Assembly: GCA_030611805.1 (NCBI GenBank)
Contig: JAUWPB010000001.1
Location: 24,765 to 88,764 of the forward strand
Length of the DNA: 64,000 nucleotides
Reading direction: 5' to 3'
Source of the DNA: Nanobdellota archaeon
GTDB lineage: Archaea; Nanobdellota; Nanobdellia; Pacearchaeales; GW2011-AR1
The notes beneath the pieces were generated by a model. That model ran no database searches and was not told the DNA's origin. It worked only from the letters and a program-made list of their open reading frames with translations. A program made the position numbers and the translations under genes. Position 1 is the first letter of the stretch, and each line of letters starts with the position of its first letter. Positions 10,306 to 19,577 of the stretch are shown here, in pieces.

Positions 10306-10836
10306 ATGAAAATAAGTAGAAAATATTTTTTGGAGGAGAATTTTGAACATTTAATAGAAAGTAATGCTGGTTATGCTCTCTTAATTTTTCAAGGAGCTAA
10401 AGGAAAGCAAGATTTGAGAGAACTATTTCAAATTATAAAAAACCAACCGAATAATAAGAGTATTTGGATTGAAAATCCAAAAAAGGAATATCATTTTTTG
10501 AAAATAATTTCAAAAGAAATTGGAATAAAAAATCTCTCTTCCACAAATTTAACTTATAATTATGTTATGGCTAAATTAGCAGATACTAAAATAAAAACCA
10601 ATTTATTTATTCCCTCACTGGAAAAAATATTCTACAACTTTGATAAACAATCCTATTCATTAAAAAAAGCCAGATTTAATGCCCGACTCCGTGCCTCATG
10701 GTACCACCATGATGGTTTATTGCACATTTGTGCCTCTGTTGAAAATGAAAATTCTGAAGAATATAAATCTACTCTGGGAAACCCTGATTTTCCTTTTTAT
10801 GTAAATAATTTTTGTGTAAAGGAAATCACAGATTGA
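10306..10836 (+). CDS. Hypothetical protein
   Basis: Long ORF divergent from dph2. Confidence 0.5.
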   Translation: MKISRKYFLEENFEHLIESNAGYALLIFQGAKGKQDLRELFQIIKNQPNNKSIWIENPKKEYHFLKIISKEIGIKNLSSTNLTYNYVMAKLADTKIKTNLFIPSLEKIFYNFDKQSYSLKKARFNARLRASWYHHDGLLHICASVENENSEEYKSTLGNPDFPFYVNNFCVKEITD

Positions 10837-10892
10837 TTGAAATAAAGTAAGATTAGGAGTTTTAAAGTTTTAGTTAAAAGAGATTCCGTTGA

Positions 10893-11189
10893 CTAATCTT
10901 TCAAAAGTGCATCTATTGCAGTAATACGAGAAGCTTCATCTTCCTTGAAAACTTCAATTATCTTTGTTGCCTGAAGAAACTTATATTGATTATTTCCAGC
11001 TTCATATGCATTAAGAAGCCTTTGTCTTCCAGGAAAAGAGTAACTATGTAATGTTTCTCTAAATATATCTGCATGAGTTTCAAAATTAAAGGGAATTTCT
11101 CCTGCTCTTAATATTGCTAAATCTTTTCTATAAATTTCTGCTATGACATCCCTATTTTCCTCAACAAGATCTTCGGAATTTTTAACCAT
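10893..11189 (-). CDS. Hypothetical protein
   Basis: 98-aa ORF with TATA-like element about 25 nt upstream. Confidence 0.55.
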   Translation of the reverse strand: MVKNSEDLVEENRDVIAEIYRKDLAILRAGEIPFNFETHADIFRETLHSYSFPGRQRLLNAYEAGNNQYKFLQATKIIEVFKEDEASRITAIDALLKD

Positions 11190-11301
11190 AGCTTTTCCAA
11201 AAATAGTTAATTTAAAAAGATTATTGTTATTTTATTTCCTATAATTAATTGTATACTTTAAAATCAATTAAATATAATTTTTACTATTAGAAAAATAAAA
11301 T

Positions 11302-11694
11302 TCATTCCCATCTATCTTTTTTTTCTTGCTTTGGTTTTGTAGTTGCTTTACTAATTTTTGCAAAACTAGGTGTCACAATAACTGTGTTTTCACCAAAGCC
11401 AGCAATACTTCCTTCAAGAGCATCTGTTGTTTTTTTGATTTTTGAGATTGCTCTTTTTAATTCAATAGAATCTTTTTTCCTTAGTATTTTTATATCAATT
11501 ATGGCAATAGTATAACCCTCTCTTAAAGCATGAAGAATTTCAGTGACATCTTCGTAATCTTTTAGCACAAAGAGTTTCACAAGAACCTTGTTTTCTTTTT
11601 CATCTTTTCCCAAATCAATCTCTAAATATTCATCCTCGGCAAAATCATTGCCCATTGGATTTGAAAAAACTTTTTTTATTTTATTGAAAATCAT
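11302..11694 (-). CDS. sepF: Cell division protein SepF
   Basis: LREGYTIAIIDI...ELKRAI...GSIAG...VIVTP archaeal SepF pattern. Confidence 0.88.
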   Translation of the reverse strand: MIFNKIKKVFSNPMGNDFAEDEYLEIDLGKDEKENKVLVKLFVLKDYEDVTEILHALREGYTIAIIDIKILRKKDSIELKRAISKIKKTTDALEGSIAGFGENTVIVTPSFAKISKATTKPKQEKKDRWE

Positions 11695-11821
11695 GATAAA
11701 TTGAACTTGTTAAGATTTATAAAGATTTCGGGGGTTTTTTGTATATATTTTTGAGAATAGGATTTAATTATTCAAATATATAGCAGAGGATAATAAAAGA
11801 TATAAAGAAGATATTTAGTTT

Positions 11822-12235
11822 TTGTATATTGATATTATCAGTTTAAAATTATTGCCTTTTAAAAATTCAGAAGATAGAGAAAGTGAGGGGGAATATTTCG
11901 GTGACAGTGGGATAGCTTTGGGATTTTGTGGGGGAGTGCATCCTCTTCGTGTTACAGGACTAGAAAGAGGAGCAGCCATTTATGAACTTGTGTTATTTAA
12001 AAAAATAATTCCTTTTACAATTGAAACTTATTGGGATGAAATTAAAGAGGGAAGATTTCAGAAATTGTTATGGAAAGATGAAAATGGGAAAAAATATCGT
12101 ACATTGTCTACTCTAACAAGACACCTAACACTTAAAGGTTTTAAGGATTTTTATGATAACTCCACCAGTGTAGAAGATTTTATAAAAAAAGGAGAAGGTT
12201 TGTCTAAATTTTTTGGATACTACATTTATTTTTGA
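11822..12235 (+). CDS. Hypothetical protein (start uncertain)
   Basis: ORF only. Confidence 0.4.
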   Translation: MYIDIISLKLLPFKNSEDRESEGEYFGDSGIALGFCGGVHPLRVTGLERGAAIYELVLFKKIIPFTIETYWDEIKEGRFQKLLWKDENGKKYRTLSTLTRHLTLKGFKDFYDNSTSVEDFIKKGEGLSKFFGYYIYF

Positions 12236-12247
12236 TTACAAATAAAA

Positions 12248-12571
12248 TTACTTCTTCATAGCTTTCATTATTTCTTCACGAAGTTTTTCTAACTGCTCTG
12301 CTAAAGAAGTTTCCTGCTTTTCAATTGTCTTTATTCTCAATGAAAGAAGTTTGTCTTTATTTGAAAGTTCTTCCTGCATTTTTGATTTGTCTGTTTTAAT
12401 CATTAACTGCCCGATAATTTTGAAAACTTCATCTCCTGAACTTTCTATTTCTTTTAATGCAGACTGAGTTTCAGATAATTCCATTTGAAAAGCTTGTTTT
12501 TGAAGAAGTAAATTCTGAAGATTTTGCTCAAGAAATTGTATTTCCTGTATTTTTTGATTTTGGTCTGCCAT
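12248..12571 (-). CDS. pfdB: Prefoldin beta subunit
   Basis: Coiled coil-VFKIIGQLMIK-coiled coil; follows rpoP. Confidence 0.9.
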   Translation of the reverse strand: MADQNQKIQEIQFLEQNLQNLLLQKQAFQMELSETQSALKEIESSGDEVFKIIGQLMIKTDKSKMQEELSNKDKLLSLRIKTIEKQETSLAEQLEKLREEIMKAMKK

Positions 12572-12572
12572 A

Positions 12573-12710
12573 TTAATCTGAGCTTACCTTTTTTACTTTT
12601 GTTCTTGGTTTGAAAAAAATCTTGCTTCCACAAGCAGGGCAAACAAATCTTTTTTCAAGAATTTTATTTGTTATTTTTTTTCCACATTTAAAACATTTAT
12701 AAGTTGTCAT
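12573..12710 (-). CDS. rpoP: RNA polymerase subunit Rpo12 (P); not in ORF track
   Basis: MTTYKCFKCGK...FVCPACGSKIFFKPR zinc ribbon; conserved context. Confidence 0.88.
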   Translation of the reverse strand: MTTYKCFKCGKKITNKILEKRFVCPACGSKIFFKPRTKVKKVSSD

Positions 12711-12901
12711 TTTAAACCATTAATCCTCATATTTGTATATTGTATAATTTTAGCAACTTTTTCCTCGCATGATGAAACATAATAAGGATTGCTAAATCTT
12801 TTAATTTTTTTATTAGATGAATCTAATATTTCTCTTACTTTTTTTTGTTGATAATTTAATTGTTCATTCATTTTATTATTTATTTTACTTATTTTATAAA
12901 T

Positions 12902-13123
12902 TTATTCATCTAAATAATATGTATCTGATGCAAATTTTTTATTGCATTTTGAACATTGCCAGATTCCTTTTGAGAGCCTTTTGACACCAAGTTTTTCGCA
13001 GAACGGGCATTTTTGCTTTACTCTTTGTCTTGTTTCTACTTTAACTAATTTTGTTCTTACTCTCTTTCCATATCTTGCTCCAAATCTTCCTGCTGATTTT
13101 GTTTTTTTTAATTTTGTTGGCAT
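12902..13123 (-). CDS. rpl37ae: 50S ribosomal protein eL43 (L37Ae)
   Basis: GRFGARYG, CPFC, GIWQCSKC. Confidence 0.95.
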   Translation of the reverse strand: MPTKLKKTKSAGRFGARYGKRVRTKLVKVETRQRVKQKCPFCEKLGVKRLSKGIWQCSKCNKKFASDTYYLDE

Positions 13124-13298
13124 GCGAGGACACCCACGGTTTCCTTCGAGTAACTTTCCCTCTTGTTGCAGTTGGGCGATTTTTTTTCACCCCTCGACGA
13201 AAATCGCACACAGAAAGTTAAACGAATGATTTAATATATATTATATGTGAAAATTAGGTTTTAAAATGTTTTGCTTTGATTTTTCTGTACTTGGAATT

Positions 13299-13475
13299 TT
13301 ATCTCTTTTCATCAGCTCTTTTAGTAATAGCTAATAATCGCTCTTGGTTTATCTTCTCAAGAAGACAATCTTTCTTCGCAGAATCAAGATATCCTCTAGC
13401 TTGTTCAGGAGACAAATCTCTTGCTAGGATTCTATACCCTAAATTCTCATCTCCGTATATTCTTTTTTCTATCAT
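13299..13475 (-). CDS. Small hypothetical protein (58 aa); not in ORF track
   Basis: MIEKRIYGDENLGYR... with TATA-like element upstream. Confidence 0.4.
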   Translation of the reverse strand: MIEKRIYGDENLGYRILARDLSPEQARGYLDSAKKDCLLEKINQERLLAITKRADEKR

Positions 13476-13516
13476 CTTAATATTAAATTATAAAATCAGT
13501 TTTTAAAGTTTTGTGG

Positions 13517-13535
13517 ATGGGGTCGCCAGGATTTG
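13517..13535 (-). repeat. 19-bp duplicate of tRNA-Pro 3' end (att-like)
   Basis: ATGGGGTCGCCAGGATTTG identical to 13610-13628. Confidence 0.88.
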
Positions 13536-13610
13536 GCGTCGGAAATAAATTCCTCACTACATTTCGAACTTTGTTCAAAACATAAACCCGAGGGTTCAAA
13601 TCTAATTTTA

Positions 13611-13684
13611 TGGGGTCGCCAGGATTTGAACCTGGGTCTCGAAGTCCCAAACCTCGGATACTAACCAAGCTATACTACGACCCC
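13611..13684 (-). tRNA. tRNA-Pro(TGG)
   Basis: GGGGTCG/CGACCCC acceptor stem, anticodon loop TTTGGGA, GGTTCAAATCC T arm; CCA not encoded. Confidence 0.95.
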
Positions 13685-13716
13685 TGTTAAAATGAACAAT
13701 TATTTTATTTATAAAA

Positions 13717-14391
13717 CTATTTTTTCTTTCCCTCATCCTTTTTCTCTTCTTTATTCTCTTCTTTATTCTCTTCTGCTTCCTTAGCTTCCTCTTCTTTCTT
13801 TTCAACTTCAGCTTCTTTTTCTTTTTCTTCCTGCTTAATTAGTTTCTCTTGCTCGCTTTTTATTTCTGAGAAATATTCACTTAATTCTGCTTTTTTTTCT
13901 TCAGAAGTTTCTGTTTTCTCTTCTTGAATTTCTTTGTCATATTTTCCCGAATCAATCTCCTGCTCAACTTCAAAAGCAGGTTTACTCTCAACTAAAATTC
14001 CCAAACTAACACAACTTCCGACAACTGTTTTTACGGCCGTCTTTAAATCTTTACAAAGCAGATTTGGCAATTTGGTCTTTGCTACAGAGATTATTTGTTC
14101 TATAGAAGCATTTGCTACTTTTGTTTTAAGCTGCATCCCTGAACCTTTTTCAACACCTAATTCTTTCTTCAATAACTCTGAAACAGGAGGAGAAAACACT
14201 TTAATATCAAATTCTTTTGTTGACGTATCAATATCCAACTCCACAGGAACTTTTAACCCCTTGAAATCTTTTGTTGCTTCATTTACTTTTTGAATAACCT
14301 GACTAATGTTAATTCCTATTGGACCTAATTTTTGACTAAGAGCTGGTCCTGGTTTCATGCTTCCGCCTTCAACTAAAAGTTTAATTATCAT
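13717..14391 (-). CDS. rpl11: 50S ribosomal protein uL11 with charged C-terminal extension
   Basis: GGSMKPGPALSQKLGP...GSCVSLGI; start moved to MIIKLL. Confidence 0.95.
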   Translation of the reverse strand: MIIKLLVEGGSMKPGPALSQKLGPIGINISQVIQKVNEATKDFKGLKVPVELDIDTSTKEFDIKVFSPPVSELLKKELGVEKGSGMQLKTKVANASIEQIISVAKTKLPNLLCKDLKTAVKTVVGSCVSLGILVESKPAFEVEQEIDSGKYDKEIQEEKTETSEEKKAELSEYFSEIKSEQEKLIKQEEKEKEAEVEKKEEEAKEAEENKEENKEEKKDEGKKK

Positions 14392-14845
14392 CTTCTTCCT
14401 CCTCGTCTTGTTCACGCCTTATAACTTTAACATTGTCCAACTTAACTGTAACTGGTAATGGAACCACTGCTCCCAATAAACTTACAACAACTTCTTCTTT
14501 TTGTTTGTCTATTCTTACAACTTTTGCTTTTTCTTTTTTAAAAGGTTCTGCAATCATTTCAACAATATCTCCGTTTTTTATTGAAATAGAAGTGGCTGAA
14601 GGTTCAATCATGTTTTTGACTTCCTCATAGCCGATTGTTTTTCCAATAATTCCTTTCACATAAGGCAGATTAAATACAGCTTCTTCTGCAGATTCCCTGT
14701 TTTCTGCTTCTAAAAGAATATATCCTCTTAAACCATGAGGCCTTGAGACTGAAAACACATTGAGGTTCTTTTTTTCAATTCTATCGCTAATCATATCTAC
14801 TGCTCTTTCTTCCTTATTTGTTGTGACCTTGATAATAAAAATCAT
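14381..14845 (-). CDS. spt5: Transcription elongation factor Spt5
   Basis: NGN domain (LRGYILLEA) plus KOW (GDIVE..EPFK). Confidence 0.95.
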   Translation of the reverse strand: MIFIIKVTTNKEERAVDMISDRIEKKNLNVFSVSRPHGLRGYILLEAENRESAEEAVFNLPYVKGIIGKTIGYEEVKNMIEPSATSISIKNGDIVEMIAEPFKKEKAKVVRIDKQKEEVVVSLLGAVVPLPVTVKLDNVKVIRREQDEEEEDDN

Positions 14846-14936
14846 TTTGTTCCATCTATCCTTTAATTGAAAATTATTAAAGAATAATAATATTGATTAA
14901 GAAAAGGGGTTTATAAAATTTGTGATAAAATAATTT

Positions 14937-15113
14937 CTAAATAAACATCTTCATAATTATTGAGATTAAAAATCCAAGAACGCCCAGTATTAAAATTCCA
15001 ATTGCAGAAACTTTTGTGATTGTCTCGAATTCTTTTCTCGTGGGTTTTTTCAAAACATGCCATACTCTTTTGCATTTCATAAAAAAAGATTTTGTTGGTG
15101 TCCAAAGTTCCAT
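14937..15113 (-). CDS. secE: Protein translocase SecE/Sec61gamma; not in ORF track
   Basis: KRVWHVLKKPTRKEF...GILILGVLGFLI; upstream of spt5. Confidence 0.9.
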   Translation of the reverse strand: MELWTPTKSFFMKCKRVWHVLKKPTRKEFETITKVSAIGILILGVLGFLISIIMKMFI

Positions 15114-15350
15114 GGAAGAAAGAAGACGTGGGGGTTTTTAAAATATTCGGGAAAGGTTTATTTTATTAATTAATTTATCAACTATTCTCTTACTATCACC
15201 ACAATTTCAATTTTCGCAGTTCTAGAATTGCTACTAATTGTCAAAGTTGAATTTTACTGGCTCTTTTTAGAGCTCCAATAAAAGAGCGTGTGGCCCAGCC
15301 ACTTATTAAAGTTAGCTAGGAATATTATAAAGAAAAATTTATTTTTATAT

Positions 15351-16165
15351 TTAACTATTTAAAATTTTGATGGCTTTTTCATATTTTTTATTGATTTCTG
15401 CTATCTGTTTTTCTCTTTCTTTTTGCAAATTATTCAGAGATAATCTTCTAAAATTTTCGGCGCGACGCCTACGGCGTCCAAAACAACCACCCGACCATTG
15501 TCACTGGAATCAGCAAGACTGCCAAACCTGGAATTCAGGTAGTCATTCCTGTTCAAGTAAACCCTCGACAACCCATTCTCTTTTGTGTAAAGAGTTTTTG
15601 TCTGGTTTCCTAATTGAATTGTATTATTTTGATGAGCAAATCTTTTATCATTAATTATTTTTGTATCTTGTCCAATTTTCAAAAGTAAACCATATTTATT
15701 TTTAGAATTATTATCTTTAACTAATTCTAATCCAGAAATTCTTAAGGGATTTTCAGAAGAAAATTCATATTTTTCTTCTTGAACTTGTTTTACTAAATTT
15801 TCTAAAATATATTTGTTAGCATCGTAAGTTGGTATCCCTGTTCTTAAAATTATCTCTCGAACATCTGTGTAAAAAGAGTTATCAAAAAAATTATTTGTAT
15901 CAACAGAAGAATAAATTCTTTCAGTATCTTCTAATAAAATTACTTTTTGGGATTCTGGAAGAGATAAATTTGCTTCATTGTTAAATAAAAAGTTAGAACC
16001 TCGTCCATTTTCACAATCAATTCCATTCATTATTTTTTTGCAAGCTAAACTATTTTCTCCAAATTTTTCTCTTGTTTTTGCTTTTGTTTCTTGATAAATT
16101 TCACTTCCAGCAATAAAATATCTGTCCATTGGAACTTTAACTTTTGGTATTAGTATTTCTTTCAT
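15351..16165 (-). CDS. DGR-target-like protein; last ~28 codons shifted out of frame (track ORF 15434-16165)
   Basis: C-terminal GLSRVYLNRNDYLNSRFGSLADSSDNGRVVV, then GACGCC-GTA-GGCGTC hairpin; extra CT near 15437 makes a premature TGA. Confidence 0.6.
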
Positions 16166-16334
16166 GCCAGTTCTAAAAATGTTTAATTTATAAATCTTTC
16201 TATTCTGTCACCTTTCAAAAATAGTTACATTACTTAACAAACCCAACTCTCTTCAATAACTCATTCCCAATTATCCTCCCTAAAACTCCTTTTCTTGCTT
16301 TTTCAATACCTTAGCACCTGTTATATTGGTTAAA

Positions 16335-16646
16335 TTAAGGTCCAAAGCGGTGCCCGATTTTTCCAGTTGAAACTTCATAATGTCTAAGATTTGGTTCTCC
16401 ATCTTTGCTTACTCCCTGAAAAATATATGGTAAAATAATCTCTCCATTCTTTCTATCAAGTGTGAGTTCTAAAATAGTCTCAGGTTTATTATTTCTAGAA
16501 GATGTCGTTGTAACCATTCCCTCAAGGGAATCAAGAGAATTATTAGAGTGAAAGAAATGACCAAAACCATAAGGCAATTCACGATAATTTTTTATTGGTT
16601 TACCTTTATTGTTAATGAGAACTCTGTTGATTATTTCATATTTCAT
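16335..16646 (-). CDS. Orphan ORF stacked behind ftsZ (3rd)
   Basis: 103 aa; junction TTTTAAATAAAATG. Confidence 0.55.
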   Translation of the reverse strand: MKYEIINRVLINNKGKPIKNYRELPYGFGHFFHSNNSLDSLEGMVTTTSSRNNKPETILELTLDRKNGEIILPYIFQGVSKDGEPNLRHYEVSTGKIGHRFGP

Positions 16647-16658
16647 TTTATTTAAAAT

Positions 16659-16961
16659 TTACTTTTCTATCTTAATCTTAAAATATTCTCCCCAATTACA
16701 ATTAATTTCAAGATTTCCTGCTGAATTTAATAAAGGACGCCCAATTATATAACAGTAATGATTTGTTAATGCATTTTGTTCAGTTTCTATAGATTTAATG
16801 CACATCAAACTATTTGGATTGTATTCCCTTCCTCCTGAAATTGGGTGATTAAAAAAAACTTTTTCCGGCAAAACTCTAAGATAAGAACAATCAAAAGGAT
16901 TTTCTAATCCAATAGATTTAAGATATTCTGCAAATTGTTTTTGATCCATAAATTCTTTCAT
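16659..16961 (-). CDS. Orphan ORF stacked behind ftsZ (2nd)
   Basis: 100 aa; junction TTTTAAATAAAATG. Confidence 0.55.
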   Translation of the reverse strand: MKEFMDQKQFAEYLKSIGLENPFDCSYLRVLPEKVFFNHPISGGREYNPNSLMCIKSIETEQNALTNHYCYIIGRPLLNSAGNLEINCNWGEYFKIKIEK

Positions 16962-16974
16962 TTTATTTAAAAAA

Positions 16975-17250
16975 CTAAACCCTCAATTCCTTTTGTTTAA
17001 CACTTTCAAGAGTTTTGTTAGAAGGGAGAGTAACAATATCTCTCAAATTTCTTCTTTGTTTCTGATTCAAAACTCTTTGTGCCCTCTCTGTAAAAATTAA
17101 TGTAGCTTTGGAAATTGTTTGGTTAAGTGGTTCTGTAAATATCTTAAAAACATCAACAAAATTATTATAGTTTCTATGTGATGCATATTGCCCTTTAGGG
17201 TCTTTGACAATCAGCCCCTCTTGAGAATTAAAATCTATTTTATATTCCAT
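16975..17250 (-). CDS. Orphan ORF stacked behind ftsZ (1st)
   Basis: Starts 1 nt after ftsZ stop (MEYKIDF). Confidence 0.55.
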   Translation of the reverse strand: MEYKIDFNSQEGLIVKDPKGQYASHRNYNNFVDVFKIFTEPLNQTISKATLIFTERAQRVLNQKQRRNLRDIVTLPSNKTLESVKQKELRV

Positions 17251-17251
17251 C

Positions 17252-18358
17252 TTATTCAAAAAACTCAATCCCTAATTCCTCCTCAATTTCTTGGTGTTTT
17301 ATACTTTCAATGGTTTCTCCATGTCCAAGAATTTGGGAACTTTTTACTCCGGTTAATATAAGTAAAACCCTTATTGATTTTTCCATGTCTTCTGAAATTT
17401 GAGCTCCCCAAATTAGTTTTGCGTCAGGGCTTAATTTGTTTCCAACTGTTTCTATAATTGATTTGCATTCGTCCAAGCTCATTTCAGGACCCCCAATAAT
17501 ATTTACTAAAGCGCCAGTTGTATTTGAAATATCAACATCTAAAAGAGGGTTTTGGATTGCTTTTTCTACGGCTTCAATTGCTCTGTTTTCACTATCTGAT
17601 TCTCCCATGCCTATCAATGAAACTCCTCCATCAACCATTATTGTTTTGATGTCGGCAAAATCAAGGTTCACCAAACCAGAGGTAGTTACAAGTTCTGTTA
17701 TTCCTTTAACGGCGTTTGTTAGTATCTCGTCGGAAATTTTAAAGGCAGTATGTAAAGGCAAGTCTGGTGCCAGTTCAAGAAGCTTGTCATTTGGTATCAC
17801 AATTAAAGTATCCACAACTGATTCTAATCTTTCTAACCCGTCCATTGCATTCTCTATTCTTTTTCTTCCTTCAATTGTGAAAGGCAAGGTTACAATTCCG
17901 ATGGTTAAAGCCCCTTGTTTTTTTGCCAAACTTGCAATTACCGGGGCTGCTCCTGTACCTGTTCCCCCTCCTAAACCGCAAGTTATGAAAATCATGTCGC
18001 TTCCTGAAATTTTTTTCTTTATTTCAGAACTAGATTCTTTTGCTGATTCTTGTCCTATTTTAGGATTACTTCCTGAACCTAATCCCTGAGTCAATTCTTT
18101 TCCAATAAGAATTTTTTGATCTACATTTGCATATAATAAATCCTGGGCATCTGTATTCACTGCAATAAGCTCTCCGCCCCTGATTCCAATTTCTTTCATT
18201 CTGCTTAGAGAATTTCCTCCGCCTCCACCAACCCCAATTACCTTAATTTTAGTTGATTGTTTTTTCAAAAGTTCTTCCAATTCTCTGTCAATTTCCCTTA
18301 CTTCTTCAGACAAAACAGATACAGGCCTCTCATTATTTTGATTATAAATCTCTTCCAT
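17252..18358 (-). CDS. ftsZ: Cell division protein FtsZ
   Basis: GGGTGTG, NLDFAD, GVGGGG motifs. Confidence 0.98.
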   Translation of the reverse strand: MEEIYNQNNERPVSVLSEEVREIDRELEELLKKQSTKIKVIGVGGGGGNSLSRMKEIGIRGGELIAVNTDAQDLLYANVDQKILIGKELTQGLGSGSNPKIGQESAKESSSEIKKKISGSDMIFITCGLGGGTGTGAAPVIASLAKKQGALTIGIVTLPFTIEGRKRIENAMDGLERLESVVDTLIVIPNDKLLELAPDLPLHTAFKISDEILTNAVKGITELVTTSGLVNLDFADIKTIMVDGGVSLIGMGESDSENRAIEAVEKAIQNPLLDVDISNTTGALVNIIGGPEMSLDECKSIIETVGNKLSPDAKLIWGAQISEDMEKSIRVLLILTGVKSSQILGHGETIESIKHQEIEEELGIEFFE

Positions 18359-18389
18359 GTCTAAAATAATTAATTATTGTTTATAAGAA

Positions 18390-19139
18390 TTATTGTGGTG
18401 TTTTAGTGCTTTCTTTCTCAACTTCTTCAACCACTTTCCCGACTTCTTCACTAACTTTTTTCTTCACTTCTTTTTTCACTTTTTCAATCGCTTCTCCAAC
18501 CTCTTTTTTATTCTCACCAATCTCTTTAATCTCTAAATCTAATTCAAAAACTTCTTTAAATTTATCCTTAAACATCTCAACAAATTGAATCATTTGTTTT
18601 TCAACTTCTATAATTAATTTTTTATTTTTTATTTCAAATTTGAAATCTTTTCTAAATAAAAATTCATTGAATGCTTTTATTTTTTCGTTTAAATTATTTA
18701 TTTTTCTTAAAACTTTTAAATCATACAAGACGGTTTTTCCTGCGACAGGATTGTTAAAGTCAACCATTACTCTTCCTCCTGAAACTGTAAGTATTTTTGC
18801 CATTCTGCCATCAAAATTAAACATAAGTCTCTGAACAGGATTTATTTTTTGCTCTCTGAAAACTTTCATCGGAATCATCTGCACAAGTTTTGAGTCTCTG
18901 TTTCCAAAAGCATCTTCTGGTTGAAGTTCTATTTTATATTCTCCAACATCCTTGCCAATCAAAAAATTATCTATTCCCTTAAGAAACATGTTCTGACCTA
19001 AACAAAAAACAAAAGGTTTTGGGATTGTATCGGGGTTTATCTTCGCTAAATCTTTTTTAATATTTGAATCAAAAACTTCTCCGTCTTTGACTTTTCCTGT
19101 AAATTCAATTTCAATGAAGTCTTTTTCTTTTAGTGGCAT
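18390..19139 (-). CDS. FKBP-type peptidyl-prolyl isomerase (long archaeal type)
   Basis: GEVFDS, PEDAFG, VDFNNPVAGK. Confidence 0.9.
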   Translation of the reverse strand: MPLKEKDFIEIEFTGKVKDGEVFDSNIKKDLAKINPDTIPKPFVFCLGQNMFLKGIDNFLIGKDVGEYKIELQPEDAFGNRDSKLVQMIPMKVFREQKINPVQRLMFNFDGRMAKILTVSGGRVMVDFNNPVAGKTVLYDLKVLRKINNLNEKIKAFNEFLFRKDFKFEIKNKKLIIEVEKQMIQFVEMFKDKFKEVFELDLEIKEIGENKKEVGEAIEKVKKEVKKKVSEEVGKVVEEVEKESTKTPQ

Positions 19140-19226
19140 CTTCCAAGAATATAAAGATAGTTTAAAAGTTTAATCATTGTGATTTAGAATATAAATCCTT
19201 AAAAAATATTAAATAAATAAAATAAA

Positions 19227-19526
19227 ATGCCTTTATTAAAAAAAATTTCATTTGATTCCCGAGGAAGGTTTATAGGTATTGTAGAAAAAGGAGAAACTAT
19301 TCTCTTGGGAGTGCCAACTACTCATTTAAGGTCGTTCTATTCAGATGCAATAAAAACAAAGGAGATGAATAAAAATCGGGAAAAAGATATTAGAAATGCC
19401 CAGAAAAATTTGGTTTCTTCTGCAAGGCAAGACCAAAGATTATATTACCAAATCCCAAAAAAACCAACAGAAACTAATATGTATTATATAAGATTTGCGT
19501 ATAACACTTTCCAAGAAAGAAAATAA
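19227..19526 (+). CDS. Hypothetical protein
   Basis: 99-aa ORF. Confidence 0.45.
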   Translation: MPLLKKISFDSRGRFIGIVEKGETILLGVPTTHLRSFYSDAIKTKEMNKNREKDIRNAQKNLVSSARQDQRLYYQIPKKPTETNMYYIRFAYNTFQERK

Positions 19527-19577
19527 CTTTATTTTCTAATTAAAAACTTTTATAAATGTATTTTTTTTGAATAAGTT

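Noticed and set aside
13483-13805. Track ORFs overlapping tRNA-Pro
   Set aside because: Translations of the tRNA and of the rpl11 tail in other frames.
13717-13930. K/E-rich tails of uL11, uL10, uL24, eL32 and uS5 as DNA repeats
   Set aside because: Low-complexity coding sequence with no discrete repeat unit.
15114-15350. DGR template region
   Set aside because: No visible similarity to 15480-15575 and no AAC-rich tract.
17436-18089. Long antisense ORFs (also 62510-63055, 60063-60560, 51259-51714, 46892-47332, 5630-6073)
   Set aside because: Shadow frames opposite well-identified genes.
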